Assembly: GCA_963845925.1 (NCBI GenBank)
Contig: CAWJUA010000022.1
Coordinates: 145,863-209,862 of the forward strand
Direction of reading: 5' to 3'
DNA: 64,000 nucleotides
Source: an uncultured Chloroflexia bacterium
GTDB lineage: Bacteria > Chloroflexota > Limnocylindria > Limnocylindrales > CSP1-4
Under the pieces are notes generated by a model. The model saw only the letters and a list, made by a program, of their open reading frames with translations. It had not been told where the DNA came from and made no database searches. Below, piece after piece: positions 1 to 9,194 of the stretch. Position 1 is the first letter of the stretch. Every line of letters begins with the position of its first letter. A program made the position numbers and the translations under genes.

Positions 1-275
1 ATCCCGCCGTCGCCCGGCTCCTCGCCCAGCGGATGCGGGCGAAGAAGGCCGGCGAGGACGAGCCCATCGAGCCGCTGACCGATCGCGAGAAGGACGTCCT
101 CCGGCTGCTCGGCCAGGGGATGAGCAACAAGGAGATCGGGTCGGCCCTGTTCATCACGGAGCGGACCGCCCGGACCTACGTCTCGAACATCCTCGGCAAG
201 CTCGGCCTCGCGTCGCGGACGCAGGCGGCCCTCTGGGCGGTCGAGCACAAGCTGGCCGAGCCTGCCCGGGACTGA
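1..275 (+). CDS. LuxR/NarL-family response regulator, C-terminal HTH part only (5' end lies outside the window)
   Basis: In-frame translation from the window edge. Contains the LuxR-type HTH signature (EKDVLRLLGQGMSNKEIGSALFITERTARTYVSNILGKLGL). Only the C-terminal DNA-binding domain is present. Confidence 0.7.
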   Translation, partial: PAVARLLAQRMRAKKAGEDEPIEPLTDREKDVLRLLGQGMSNKEIGSALFITERTARTYVSNILGKLGLASRTQAALWAVEHKLAEPARD

Positions 276-282
276 TGTCGCG

Positions 283-963
283 GTGACAACCGAGCCCGAT
301 CCGGCGGCCCCGACGGGGTCCGGTTCGGGTTCGGAGCGCGCCGCGGACGCCTCGTCCGCGCAGAGCTCCGCGCCACCGCCTTCGTCGCCTTCATCTCCGC
401 CGTGGTCGGCGCCCGGCGGCCCAGCCCGGACGAACCGCGTCGGGATCATCGTCGGCGCGATCCTCATCGTCGTCGGCCTGCTGTTCCTCGCCGAGCGGCT
501 GTTCGACATCGACCTGGGTCATTACGGCTGGCCGCTGTTCGTCATCCTGCCCGGCGTCCTGCTCTTTCTCGTGAGCCTGGTCGCGCCGCCGCGCGAGGGA
601 GTCGGCCTGGCGGTCGCGGGTGCAATCACGACCGTCGTCGGGCTGATCCTCGCCTTCCAGAACGCGACCGACCTCTGGGCTACGTGGGCCTACGCCTGGC
701 CGCTCGTCGCGCCCGGTGGCAGCGGCTTCGGGATGGCCCTCTACGGCCTCGTCCGCGGCCAGCCCGATTTCGTCGGCCTGGGTGTGCGCCAGCTCGGCGC
801 GGGCCTGGCGCTGTTCGTCGGGTTCGGGCTGTTCTTCGAGGGCGTGATCGGCCTGTCCGGCGACCCGTTCCTCATCGGCTCCGACTACCTGCCCATCGCC
901 CTGATCGGGGTCGGCGTCCTGTTCCTGCTCTGGGGCGTGTTCCGGGGTCGCCGCACGGCCTGA
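283..963 (+). CDS. Polytopic membrane protein of unknown function, encoded directly after the LuxR regulator
   Basis: 226-aa ORF with 5-6 hydrophobic helices, Gly/Leu/Val-rich and not the R/P/A junk typical of spurious GC ORFs. Starts 8 nt after the regulator stop. The Ser/Pro-rich N-terminal region is cytoplasmic-looking. Confidence 0.5.
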   Translation: MTTEPDPAAPTGSGSGSERAADASSAQSSAPPPSSPSSPPWSAPGGPARTNRVGIIVGAILIVVGLLFLAERLFDIDLGHYGWPLFVILPGVLLFLVSLVAPPREGVGLAVAGAITTVVGLILAFQNATDLWATWAYAWPLVAPGGSGFGMALYGLVRGQPDFVGLGVRQLGAGLALFVGFGLFFEGVIGLSGDPFLIGSDYLPIALIGVGVLFLLWGVFRGRRTA

Positions 964-1156
964 CGCGCCGCTCGATGCAACCCGCGAGGAGTCGCCGCGT
1001 CACATCCCATTGACAGACGTCATCTCCCGCCGCGACGGGCGACGATGGCGCCACGGGACGCGGCAGGCGACGATCACCGGGTGGACCGGGGCGATCTCCC
1101 CACCCGGTCCTCACTTCCGCCCCAGCCGTGCCCGCGGCCCCTCGCGCGGTCGCGAG

Positions 1157-1744
1157 CTAGTCGATCGCGACGATCCGATACTCGACGGCGCCCCGAGGCG
1201 TCGTGACCGCGACGACATCGCCGACGCTCCGCCCGATGAGCGCCCGTCCGACCGGCGACGAGTTGGAGATCCGGCCCTCGGCCGGTTTCGCCTCGGTCGA
1301 GCCGACGATCCGGTAGACCACGACCTCGCCGTCGCCGTCGACCTCCTCGACGCTGACCTCCGACCCGAGATGGACCCGGCCATCGGCTCCCGGCGCCTCG
1401 ATGACGACCGCAGTCCGGAGCATGCCCTCGATGTTCGCGATCCGGCCCTCGAGGAACGACTGCTCCTCGCGGGCCGAGGTGTAGTCGGCATTCTCCTTGA
1501 GGTCGCCGAGCTCCTTGGCGGTCTTGATCCGGAGGATGACTTCCGGCCGCTTCACCGTCGTCAGCGTCACGAGCTCCTCGCGGAGGCGGGCGATCCCCTC
1601 CGGCGACAGGTACGTGGCGTCGTCGGCAGGGCGGGTGGCCGGGCCACTCGCGGGCGGCCGCGCAGCCGGCGGGCGCGGAGCAGCCGGCGGGCGTGGAGCA
1701 GCAGAGCGCGGAGCAGCGGATCCCGATGCGCGCCCGGGGCGCAC
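1157..1744 (-). CDS. greA: Transcription elongation factor GreA
   Basis: C-terminal ~157 aa match GreA (LSPEGIARLREELVTL..RPEV..ELGDLKENADYTSAREEQSFLEGRIANIEGML..YRIVGSTEA..GRISNSSPVGRALIG..VGD). No ATG lies near the conserved N-terminus. The best start is a GTG at ~1744, which adds a Pro/Ala-rich extension. The exact 5' end is uncertain. Confidence 0.8.
   Translation of the reverse strand: MRPGRASGSAAPRSAAPRPPAAPRPPAARPPASGPATRPADDATYLSPEGIARLREELVTLTTVKRPEVILRIKTAKELGDLKENADYTSAREEQSFLEGRIANIEGMLRTAVVIEAPGADGRVHLGSEVSVEEVDGDGEVVVYRIVGSTEAKPAEGRISNSSPVGRALIGRSVGDVVAVTTPRGAVEYRIVAID
1662..1735. repeat. Imperfect tandem repeat, 3-4 copies of CAGCCGGCGGGCG(C/T)GGAG
   Basis: Direct tandem copies are visible at 1662-1698 with degenerate copies following. 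On the minus strand they encode the AAPRPPAAPRPPAARPPA low-complexity stretch in the putative GreA N-terminal extension. Confidence 0.4.
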
Positions 1745-1759
1745 GCCGCGTCGTCCCAC

Positions 1760-2450
1760 CCGCGGCCCGCGTCGGCGGCAGCCCGGACGCGCCCTCTGCA
1801 TCGCCCGGCGGCAGATCCGTGACCCGGGTCGGGGGGCTCGGCGCCGCAGGGTCTTCCGGGACGAGGAAGCCGGACAGCCCGTGGGCCTTGCGTTCGCCGG
1901 CAGTCGAGCGCAGGTTCGCGAACGGCAGGACCGGCGGCGCGGCGTGCAACCGGGCCCGCTCGTCCGGCGGGATCGCCTCGGCGAACGCGCCGAAGAGCGC
2001 GTCCTCGTACTCCTCGACCGCGGCGGTCCGGGCCCACCAGAGGCGGGTCCGCTCGAGGCCGACAAGGGTCTTGAGCCAGGTGCCGCCGGCGTACGGCTTG
2101 CGGTCGCCGAGGACCGTCGCCTCGATCGCCCCGACCCGGCCGGCGATGTTCGACGTGCTGCTGCCGACGTAGAGCACGGTCGTCGAGGGGATCCAGAACG
2201 AGGCGAGGCGGGCCGCAACGGCCTTCGAGGTCGGGGCCTCGCCGTCGAGGCGGAACGCCGGCAGCCGCTCGATCCACTTGCCGACGCGGGTGAGCTCGAT
2301 CGGCGCCGATGCGAGCGGCGCGGAGAGCTCGACGACGAACACGCCCGGCCCGGCGGCCGCGAACGGCCGGCCCCAGACCGCGGGGCCGTCGGCGAGGAGC
2401 CCGACCGAGCGGAGGAGCGTGGCCGCGGTCAACGGCGTCTGGACGGCCAT
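1760..2450 (-). CDS. Conserved hypothetical protein upstream of greA (3' end unresolved)
   Basis: ATG at 2450 lies 2 nt after the stop of the VOC gene. About 230 aa of protein-like sequence follow (MAVQTPLTAATLLRSVGLL..VLYVGSSTSNIAGRV..LWWARTAAVEEYEDALFGAF..). The frame carries no stop until 1074, so it overlaps greA in another frame. The true end therefore needs a frameshift or is mis-assembled. Confidence 0.4.
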
Positions 2451-2452
2451 CG

Positions 2453-2827
2453 TCACGCGCCTCCCGCGACGCGGCCCATGATCTCGTAGACGTTGCCGTC
2501 CGGGCCGACATAGTGGTTCCAGGCCGCGTCGCCGGCCCGCTGCGGTTCGCCGATGAACGCGATCCCGGCCGCGGCCATCGCCGATCGCGTCGCGACGAAG
2601 TCGTCGACGACGAGGCCCACGACCGGCGCCGCCCCGAAGAACGCGTGATCTTCTTCGCCCGGCCCGTAGACGTGGACCTGGCTGCCGTCGCTGGCCCGGA
2701 ACCAGACCGCCGCCGGCTCCTCGACGAACGGCTCGGCGCCGAGCAGGTCGCGGTACAGCGCCACGGTCGCCTCGAACGCCGCCTGGGACGGCGTCCGGAC
2801 GCCGAGGAAGCCGAGCCGCTGGATCAT
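2453..2827 (-). CDS. VOC / glyoxalase-bleomycin-resistance family protein
   Basis: MIQRLGFLGVRTPSQAAFEATVALYRDLLG..VHVYGPGEEDHAFFG..GLVVDDFVATRSAMAAAGIAFIGEPQ..NVYEIM has the VOC-fold pattern. The internal Met at 2827 is taken as the start. Confidence 0.65.
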   Translation of the reverse strand: MIQRLGFLGVRTPSQAAFEATVALYRDLLGAEPFVEEPAAVWFRASDGSQVHVYGPGEEDHAFFGAAPVVGLVVDDFVATRSAMAAAGIAFIGEPQRAGDAAWNHYVGPDGNVYEIMGRVAGGA

Positions 2828-2897
2828 CTGGTGGAGACCTCGCTGGCGGGTGCGATCCGCGGGGCGTTCGATGCGCAGGCGGTATCGTCCCCCCATC

Positions 2898-4370
2898 ATG
2901 GGCCGTCACCCCGATCCTCGTCCGGGCGAGGACGCCGCCGCCTCGTCCGACGAGCCGGTCGAGCCCGCCAGCCGTCCCCGCCGATCCCGCCTCGCCACCC
3001 GCCTCGTCGCAGTCGGGTTGACGGTGCTGCTTGGCGGCTGGGCGGCCGTGGCGGTCGCCGGAGCCGCGACCGCGGCCCTCGCGTCACCGATCGCTGCCGC
3101 GGTCCCGACGCCGGCCGTGACTTCGCCGTCGCCAGCGGCATCCGCGTCAGCCCGAGCCACCGCCTCGTCCGGGCCGTCGCCGTCAGCGTCGGCCGACGCC
3201 TCGGGCAAGCCGCCGTCCGCCCCGAAGCCGCCGGCGCCGGCGCCGGACGGCAACGGGCTCGCGAGGCCGCGCCTCACGACCACCCCGATCGGGACGCGGC
3301 TGCAGGCCCAGCTGGACCGCATCCGGGCGCGTCTCGGGATCCCCGGCGTCTCCGCCACGATCGTCTTCCGCGACGGGACGAGCTGGACCGGCGTGAGCGG
3401 CCTCGCCGACGTCGCCCGCAAGGTCCCGGTTGCCGACGACACCGCGTTCGCCGTCGGCAGCATCAGCAAGACCTACACCGCGGCCCTGATCCTGGCGCTC
3501 GCCGGCGACGGCAAGATCGGCCTCGACAAGCCGGCCGCGAGCTACCTGCCGGGCTTCGGCCTCGACAAACGGATCACGGTCCGGATGCTGCTCGACCACA
3601 CGAGCGGCCTCGACGACTTCTTCATCCACGGCGCGATCGACATCGCGCTCCAGAAGGCGCCGGCCGCCCACTGGTCGGTCGCCCGGACGCTGAAGTACGT
3701 CGCGAAGCCGTACTTCCCGCCCGGAAAGGGCTACCACTACTCGAACACGAACTACCTCTACCTCGGGCTGATCGCCGAGGCCGTGACGAAGATGCCGCTC
3801 GGAAAAGCGCTCCATGAGCGGTTCTTCGGGCCGCTCGGCCTCGACGCGACGTGGTACCAGGCGTCGGAGAAGCCGCGCGCCAGGACCGCCCATGGCTACC
3901 GCTTCGCCGGGACGTCGCGGACCGCGCCGGCGATCGATCTCTCCGATGGGACGGGGATCGTGCCGTTCACGTCGGTCGTCACCGCCGCCTCCGGCGCGGG
4001 TTCGATCGCGACGACCTCGAAGGACGCGGCGACGTGGGCCCGGCTGCTGTACTCGGGCCGCGTCCTCGGCCCGGAGATGACCGCCGAGATGCTGCGCGGC
4101 GTCGCCCTCACCTCAGTCTACAAGCCGCGCGTGCCGTATGGCCTCGGCGTCCAGTCGTTCCCGATCGACGGCCGGCCGACGATCGGCCACAGCGGGACGC
4201 TGCTCGGGTTCCGGGCCGCGATGCGCTACCTCCCGGGCGAGACGACGACGATCTCCGTCCTGACCAACCAGAGCCGGGCCGACCCCGGCGCGATCGTCCA
4301 GGGCCTGCTCTCGGTCGTGTTCGCGCCCGAGCCGCGCTGCTTCCGCTGCCAGGACGCGAGCGCCAGCTGA
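2898..4370 (+). CDS. Membrane-anchored serine hydrolase of the beta-lactamase / D-Ala-D-Ala carboxypeptidase (class C-like) family
   Basis: SxxK motif (SISKTY), YxN motif (YSNTNY) and HSGT-like box (HSGTLLG). An N-terminal transmembrane anchor is followed by an Ala/Ser/Pro-rich linker. Divergent from the VOC gene. Confidence 0.8.
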   Translation: MGRHPDPRPGEDAAASSDEPVEPASRPRRSRLATRLVAVGLTVLLGGWAAVAVAGAATAALASPIAAAVPTPAVTSPSPAASASARATASSGPSPSASADASGKPPSAPKPPAPAPDGNGLARPRLTTTPIGTRLQAQLDRIRARLGIPGVSATIVFRDGTSWTGVSGLADVARKVPVADDTAFAVGSISKTYTAALILALAGDGKIGLDKPAASYLPGFGLDKRITVRMLLDHTSGLDDFFIHGAIDIALQKAPAAHWSVARTLKYVAKPYFPPGKGYHYSNTNYLYLGLIAEAVTKMPLGKALHERFFGPLGLDATWYQASEKPRARTAHGYRFAGTSRTAPAIDLSDGTGIVPFTSVVTAASGAGSIATTSKDAATWARLLYSGRVLGPEMTAEMLRGVALTSVYKPRVPYGLGVQSFPIDGRPTIGHSGTLLGFRAAMRYLPGETTTISVLTNQSRADPGAIVQGLLSVVFAPEPRCFRCQDASAS

Positions 4371-4404
4371 TCGCTCGCCGCGGGCGACGTGACCTCGAAT
4401 CGCG

Positions 4405-5142
4405 TTGCGGCGAGGCACAACCGACGCACGATCCCGGGACCATCGTCTCCGGACCGGGTGGGACCCACGGCCCATTGCGGACGCCTTTGCCCGGCGCATG
4501 CTCGACCGACGCCAGAGGCACACGGGGATGCCGATCAGGGTCGAGGCCTACACCGCCGGGGGAGTCGCGACAGGCGTCGTCGCGCGGAGCGGACCGCTCC
4601 GCGAAGCCCTCGACGACGCCGGCGACCTGCTCGTGGAACGCGCCCACTGGCTGCCGCTGGACGGGTCCGGCGAGCAGCCCGCAGGTGAGCTCCGCCTGAC
4701 CATCGACGACCTGCTCCTGCTCGTCGCCGAGGAGGCCGAGGGCGGCCCCGTTCACGCCCAGTGGCACACGATCGAGCTCCAGGCCGGCCCGTACGAGGTG
4801 GTCGGCGAGATGCCGACGATGCCCGGGTTCGATCCCGGCCGCGCGCTCGCTCGTCCGACCGGCGAGTTCGTCTTCCTGCGCGACGCCCGGATCCGCCTCG
4901 TGGATCAGCCCGACGCCGGCGAGGCGAGCGCCGCGCGGCTCCTCGTCAACCGCTACACGGTGGACCGGGTCAAGGCCGACTTGATGCTCGGGTTCTTCTT
5001 CCCGGGCGCCGAGATGGTGCTCACGGGGGCAGCAGCGGTACAGGCGGCACAGGCTGCGGCGACCGCGGCGCAGCCCACGACGACCGAAACGGCAACGCCG
5101 GCGCCGAGCGCGCCGGCCGAACCGACCCCGCCGGCCGCCTGA
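4405..5142 (+). CDS. Hypothetical protein with an Ala/Thr/Pro-rich C-terminal tail
   Basis: Protein-like composition (PIRVEAYTAGGVATGVVARSGPLREALDDAGDLLVERAHWLPLDG..LLVNRYTVDRVKADLMLGFFFPG). The antisense 345-aa ORF is Arg-rich junk. The start could instead be the internal Met at 4528. Confidence 0.4.
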   Translation: MRRGTTDARSRDHRLRTGWDPRPIADAFARRMLDRRQRHTGMPIRVEAYTAGGVATGVVARSGPLREALDDAGDLLVERAHWLPLDGSGEQPAGELRLTIDDLLLLVAEEAEGGPVHAQWHTIELQAGPYEVVGEMPTMPGFDPGRALARPTGEFVFLRDARIRLVDQPDAGEASAARLLVNRYTVDRVKADLMLGFFFPGAEMVLTGAAAVQAAQAAATAAQPTTTETATPAPSAPAEPTPPAA

Positions 5143-5172
5143 CACGCGGCGTCATCGCCGCGCGCCGGACGA

Positions 5173-6587
5173 TCAGCCCCGGGCGGCTTCCGCCGAGCGG
5201 CGGACCGGCTTGCGGTGGAGGAGATGCTGCGCCCGCGGCGCGCCGCGACCCGCGCTGCTGCGGCCCCGTCCCGTATCGGGCCCACCGCGGAGCGGCTGCG
5301 GCGGCGTGTTCCGGTCGGGGATGAAGCCCTCCTCGACCGTCCACGGGATCGCCTTGCGGAGCAGCCGCTGGACGCCCCGCAGCAGGTCGGTCTCGTCGAT
5401 GCAGACGAGGCTGATCGCGTCGCCCATCTGGCCCGCGCGTCCCGTCCGGCCGATCCGGTGGATGTAGTCCTGCGGGTTCCACGGCAGCTCGAAGTTCACG
5501 ACGTGGGGCAGGTCCTCGATATCGAGGCCGCGGGCCGCGACGTCGGTCGCGACGAGGACCCGGATCTCGCCCGACTTGAACCCTCGAGCGCCCGCGTCCG
5601 CTCGGGCTGCGTCCGGTCGGAGTGGATCGCGACCGCGTCGATCCCGGCCCGGTCGAGCCACGACGCCAGCCGTGAGGCCGCGAGCTTGGTCCGGGTGAAC
5701 ACGAGCACCTGGCGGAGGTCCTGCGACCGGATCAGGTGGGCCAGCAGCTCCTCCTTGCGGTCGCGGTCGACCGGGTAGACGAGCTGGCGGATCGTGTCGA
5801 TCGTCGCGTTGCGCGGCGCGACCTCGACCTCGACGGGGTTCCGCAGGATCGTCTTCGAGAGGCGCCGGATGTCGTCGCTGAAGGTCGCCGAGAACATCAG
5901 GTTCTGGCGCTGTGCGGGGAGCAGGGCGAGGATCTTCTGGATGTCCGGCAGGAAGCCCATGTCGAGCATCCGGTCGGCCTCGTCGAGGACGAGAATCTCG
6001 ACCTGGCTGAGGTTCGCGACCCGCTGGCCGACGAGGTCGAGCAGGCGGCCCGGCGTCGCGACGAGGATCTCGATCCCGCCGCGGAGGGCCTTGATCTGGG
6101 GATCCATCGGGATGCCGCCGTAGACAACGGTCGAGCGGAGCGGCACGGAGCGGCCGTAGGTCCGGACGCTCTCGTCGACCTGCATCGCGAGCTCGCGGGT
6201 TGGGACGAGGATGAGGACGCGGACCGGGTGACGGGCCGGCGAGAAGGAGGTGTTCGCGTGATGCCGGAGCCGGTCGAGGATCGGCAGCGTGAACGCCGCG
6301 GTCTTGCCGGTGCCGGTCTGAGCGGCGGCGAGAACGTCGCGGCCTGCGAGGACGAGGGGGATGGCCTCCGCCTGGACGGGAGTCGGGATGATGTAGCCCT
6401 CCTCCTTGACGGTCTGGAGGAGATCGGCCGACAGGCCGAGCGAATCGAAGGTCAAGTGGTCTCCTGCGGGCCCGACCGCGGCCTGATCGTCAGGCGTCTG
6501 GCGGTGGGCTGTTGGGGCTGGGTCGACGGGCCGCCGGCCCGCGCAATCGTTGTAACGCGAACGAGCATACCCGATCCGGGGCGTCAA
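5173..6587 (-). CDS. DEAD-box ATP-dependent RNA helicase (RhlE/CshA-like), interrupted by an apparent single-base frameshift near 5580
   Basis: Motifs Q, I (AQTGTGKT), Ia (PTRELA), II (DEAD), III (SAT) lie in ORF 5496..6587. Motifs V/VI ([15 protein letters not shown]) continue in ORF 5173..5661 in another frame. The junction RALEG|[10 protein letters not shown] sits at a short A/T run. The likely start is the TTG at ~6455 (MTFDSLGL). The RG-rich C-terminal tail is typical. Confidence 0.85.
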
Positions 6588-6711
6588 CCCCTCGCCGCGC
6601 CTCGCAGGACACGTGAGTGCGCCGGCCCGGGTGTCCGGACCGGCGCGCCCGCGACCACGCCGGTGGGGGAAACCGGGGGCCGCGGGGGATGAATGGCGCG
6701 AAGTGCCCTGG

Positions 6712-6897
6712 CTACGCGGCCCTTCGAAGCGCGAAGAAGGCCGGGACCTCGCCGTGGAGGCACTTGTAGCAGGCGAACTGGGGCGAGACGTGCGCGCCGT
6801 TGTCGTGGGCGACGGCCAGCCGCGCCACGAGGATCTCGTGCTGGCTGAGGCGGCGCACCGGGAAGCGAATCTGCGAGACGGTGGCGGTCGTGGTCAT
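6712..6897 (-). CDS. Small hypothetical protein (61 aa) between the helicase and the secreted peptidase-like gene
   Basis: ATG-initiated ORF MTTTATVSQIRFPVRRLSQHEILVARLAVAHDNGAHVSPQFACYKCLHGEVPAFF with non-junk composition and a Cys pair. I recognise no homology. Confidence 0.25.
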   Translation of the reverse strand: MTTTATVSQIRFPVRRLSQHEILVARLAVAHDNGAHVSPQFACYKCLHGEVPAFFALRRAA

Positions 6898-7435
6898 GAC
6901 GAGGCGATCTCCTGGATGGACGGGCTGAGGTCGTATCGTCGCCGGGGCCGGGCCACGATCCCATGGCCGCACGTCCGGTGCCGGTGCTCGACGTTTGACG
7001 ACCACGCGGTCGGCGCACGTCGACTGGCGCCTGGCGTCTGCCCGATCGGACATCCGGGTCACGGCGGCGATGACCGCGCCCATCGGCCGGGTCGACTGAA
7101 TGCACCGAACCATTGGCGGCCGGGGACTGGCCCCTTCGGGCGAGCGACGGGCTTCCCACGAGTGGCATACTCCCCCTGACCCCCAGGCCACGAAGACAGG
7201 ACAAACAGAAGACCGCCGCCCCCACGGCAGAACCCTGTCGTCCGGCCGAGCGCCCCCCACGCCCGGCCACCCTTCAGGATCGGCTCACCCGGTCCCGCCC
7301 CCATCCCTGGCGTTCCGCTCTTTGGTGTGCCTGCGCGCGCGCCTGGAGTCGCGCCATGTCTCCCTCTGCCGCCGGCGGCCCACCACCGTCACCGCGACTC
7401 ATGCGCGGTGTTCCGGGAGAGAGGAGGCAAGAGCG

Positions 7436-8314
7436 TTGCCGGTCCACCAAGAGGGCGCCCAGAGGGCGTCTGGCCATCGAACCCTGCGGCTGCTCGTCAG
7501 CCTGGCGATCGCCGCCGTCTTCGCCACCACCGGCGCAGCCGCCCATTCCGCGGCCGCCGCGACACCGATGAAGGTCGTCATCGTCGTCGGGCCGGTCGGG
7601 TCGGCGACGTCGAACTACATCTACAACGCGAAGAAGCTCGCCGCCCAGGCCCGCTCGTACGGCGCGACGGTGATCGAGCTGTACAGCCCCCACGCGACGT
7701 GGTCGCGGGTCAAGAGCGCCGCCCAGGGCGCGAACGTCCTGATCTACCTCGGCCACGGCAACGGCTATCCCAGCCCGTACGGCGCGTTCAGCGCGAAGAG
7801 CAAGGACGGGATGGGCCTCAACAGCTACGACGGCAGCTCGTCCCACACCTACTACGGCGAGTACTACGTCGACCACGACATCCAGCTCGCGAACAACGCG
7901 GTGGTGATCCTCAACCGCCTCTGCTACGCGTCCGGCAACAACGAGTGGGGCGCGGGCTACCCGGCGCGCTCGACCGCGATGGCGCGGGCCGACAACTACG
8001 GCGCGGGCTTCCTCCGGGCGAACGCCAAGGCCGTCTTCGCGGAAGGCATCGACAGCGCCTCGTACATCCTCTACGGCCTGTTCAAGACCGACCGATCGAT
8101 GACCCAGATCTGGTGGAGCGACCCGGCCCGTGACGGGCGCTGGGACTTCGGGTTCAACTCGGCCCGGACGCCGGGTTACCGCGTCTCGATGGATCCGACC
8201 GACGGGTCGAACCGCTACTACCGGTCGCTCGTCGGGAACATCTGGATGACGGCGAAGGAGTGGCGCACGGCCGCGGCCGCGTCGGCACTGGGCGTGGCGA
8301 CGACTGGCCGGTAG
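7436..8314 (+). CDS. Secreted protein with a caspase/gingipain-like (peptidase clan CD) His-Gly...Cys arrangement
   Basis: TTG start at 7436 preceded by GAGAGGAGG. Signal peptide RTLRLLVSLAIAAVFATTGAAAHSAAAA. Beta-strand then HG (VLIYLGHGNG) and beta-strand then Cys (VVILNRLCYASGN), as in clan CD peptidases. The family assignment is tentative. Confidence 0.6.
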   Translation: MPVHQEGAQRASGHRTLRLLVSLAIAAVFATTGAAAHSAAAATPMKVVIVVGPVGSATSNYIYNAKKLAAQARSYGATVIELYSPHATWSRVKSAAQGANVLIYLGHGNGYPSPYGAFSAKSKDGMGLNSYDGSSSHTYYGEYYVDHDIQLANNAVVILNRLCYASGNNEWGAGYPARSTAMARADNYGAGFLRANAKAVFAEGIDSASYILYGLFKTDRSMTQIWWSDPARDGRWDFGFNSARTPGYRVSMDPTDGSNRYYRSLVGNIWMTAKEWRTAAAASALGVATTGR

Positions 8315-8421
8315 GCAGCGCGAGTCGCGTCGCCCTCGCCCGACCGGGCGTCAAAGGGCGCGGCAGGCGGAGTACGGCGCGGGCGCCTCGGAGCGAGCGC
8401 GGCGCGCCCGCGCCCCAGCGG

Positions 8422-8613
8422 CTACGCAAAGATCGAGGTCTGGCGGGGAAGGACCTGGATCGTCCGGCGGCTGGACCGCTCGATGATCGCCGGGTCGCTC
8501 GCCACGCGGGCGACGACGCCGAGGATCGTCTGGTAGCGGTCGGGCCGATCGACGCAGATCCGGAACGCCCGGATCGCCGGCTGCGGCTGCGACGGGAGGT
8601 GGTGGCTGTCCAT
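8422..8613 (-). CDS. Small hypothetical protein (about 63 aa)
   Basis: MDSHHLPSQPQPAIRAFRICVDRPDRYQTILGVVARVASDPAIIERSSRRTIQVLPRQTSIFA has balanced composition and high GC3. Competing ORFs here are R/S/P junk. Confidence 0.3.
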   Translation of the reverse strand: MDSHHLPSQPQPAIRAFRICVDRPDRYQTILGVVARVASDPAIIERSSRRTIQVLPRQTSIFA

Positions 8614-8818
8614 GGCCCACAGCATCGACCCGTCGTGCGTCGGGCCGTATCAACGGCAGGAGTCAATCGCCCGGGACGTCGGCGGTAGCGCCCGATTGGT
8701 CACATGACGTAGGACTCGGCGGGACTCGTCCGGCCGCAGACGCGCGGAGGCCCCGGTCCGCCCCGCCGCATCGCGGGTCGGCCGGGGCCATGAGGTTCCC
8801 GGTTGTTCCGGCCTCGGT

Positions 8819-8949
8819 CTAGGCGAACGTGGCCTGGGCCACGATCCCGAGGATCGAGAGCAGGATCATCAGCAGGAGCAGGGACCCGATGAAGGCCCCG
8901 CTCTGTCGCTGGACGTCGTTGATGTCGATCAACGGTGTCGATGCGAACA
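8819..8949 (-). CDS. Possible tiny single-TM membrane peptide (about 40 aa) downstream of the MFS gene
   Basis: GTG/TTG-initiated ..LIDINDVQRQSGAFIGSLLLLMILLSILGIVAQATFA*. A GC-rich inverted repeat (GGCCCCGG...CCGGGGCC) lies just upstream at ~8745-8790. Confidence 0.25.
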
Positions 8950-9194
8950 CGTCGTGCCTCCTTCCGGCCTGTGCCTGCGAGCGGCCGGGCTGGCCGCCGT
9001 TGCCAACACCGTAGGCGCGGCGGGCTCGGCAGCCAGTCGGCGGGCGTCGCCTCGAGCCGCTCGGCGAACGACCGCTCGGGGACTGGACGGATGTCGGGAG
9101 ACGGCGAACGCGGCGCCGCCGGCGCCCGGTGCCCGGAGGGGTGGGAGATCCCTCCGTGGCGACCGGCGCCGGCGGGTGCCGGAGAGGCCGCGGC

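Noticed and set aside
1497-2489. Plus-strand ORFs (330 aa, 159 aa) antisense to greA and its neighbour
   Set aside because: R/G/A/P-rich composition with no motifs. The opposite strand carries GreA.
4108-5145. 345-aa minus-strand ORF opposite the hypothetical protein at 4405-5142
   Set aside because: Extremely Arg-rich (RRGRFGRRARRRRCRFGRRGLRRGRR...) with no domain. The plus-strand ORF has a protein-like composition.
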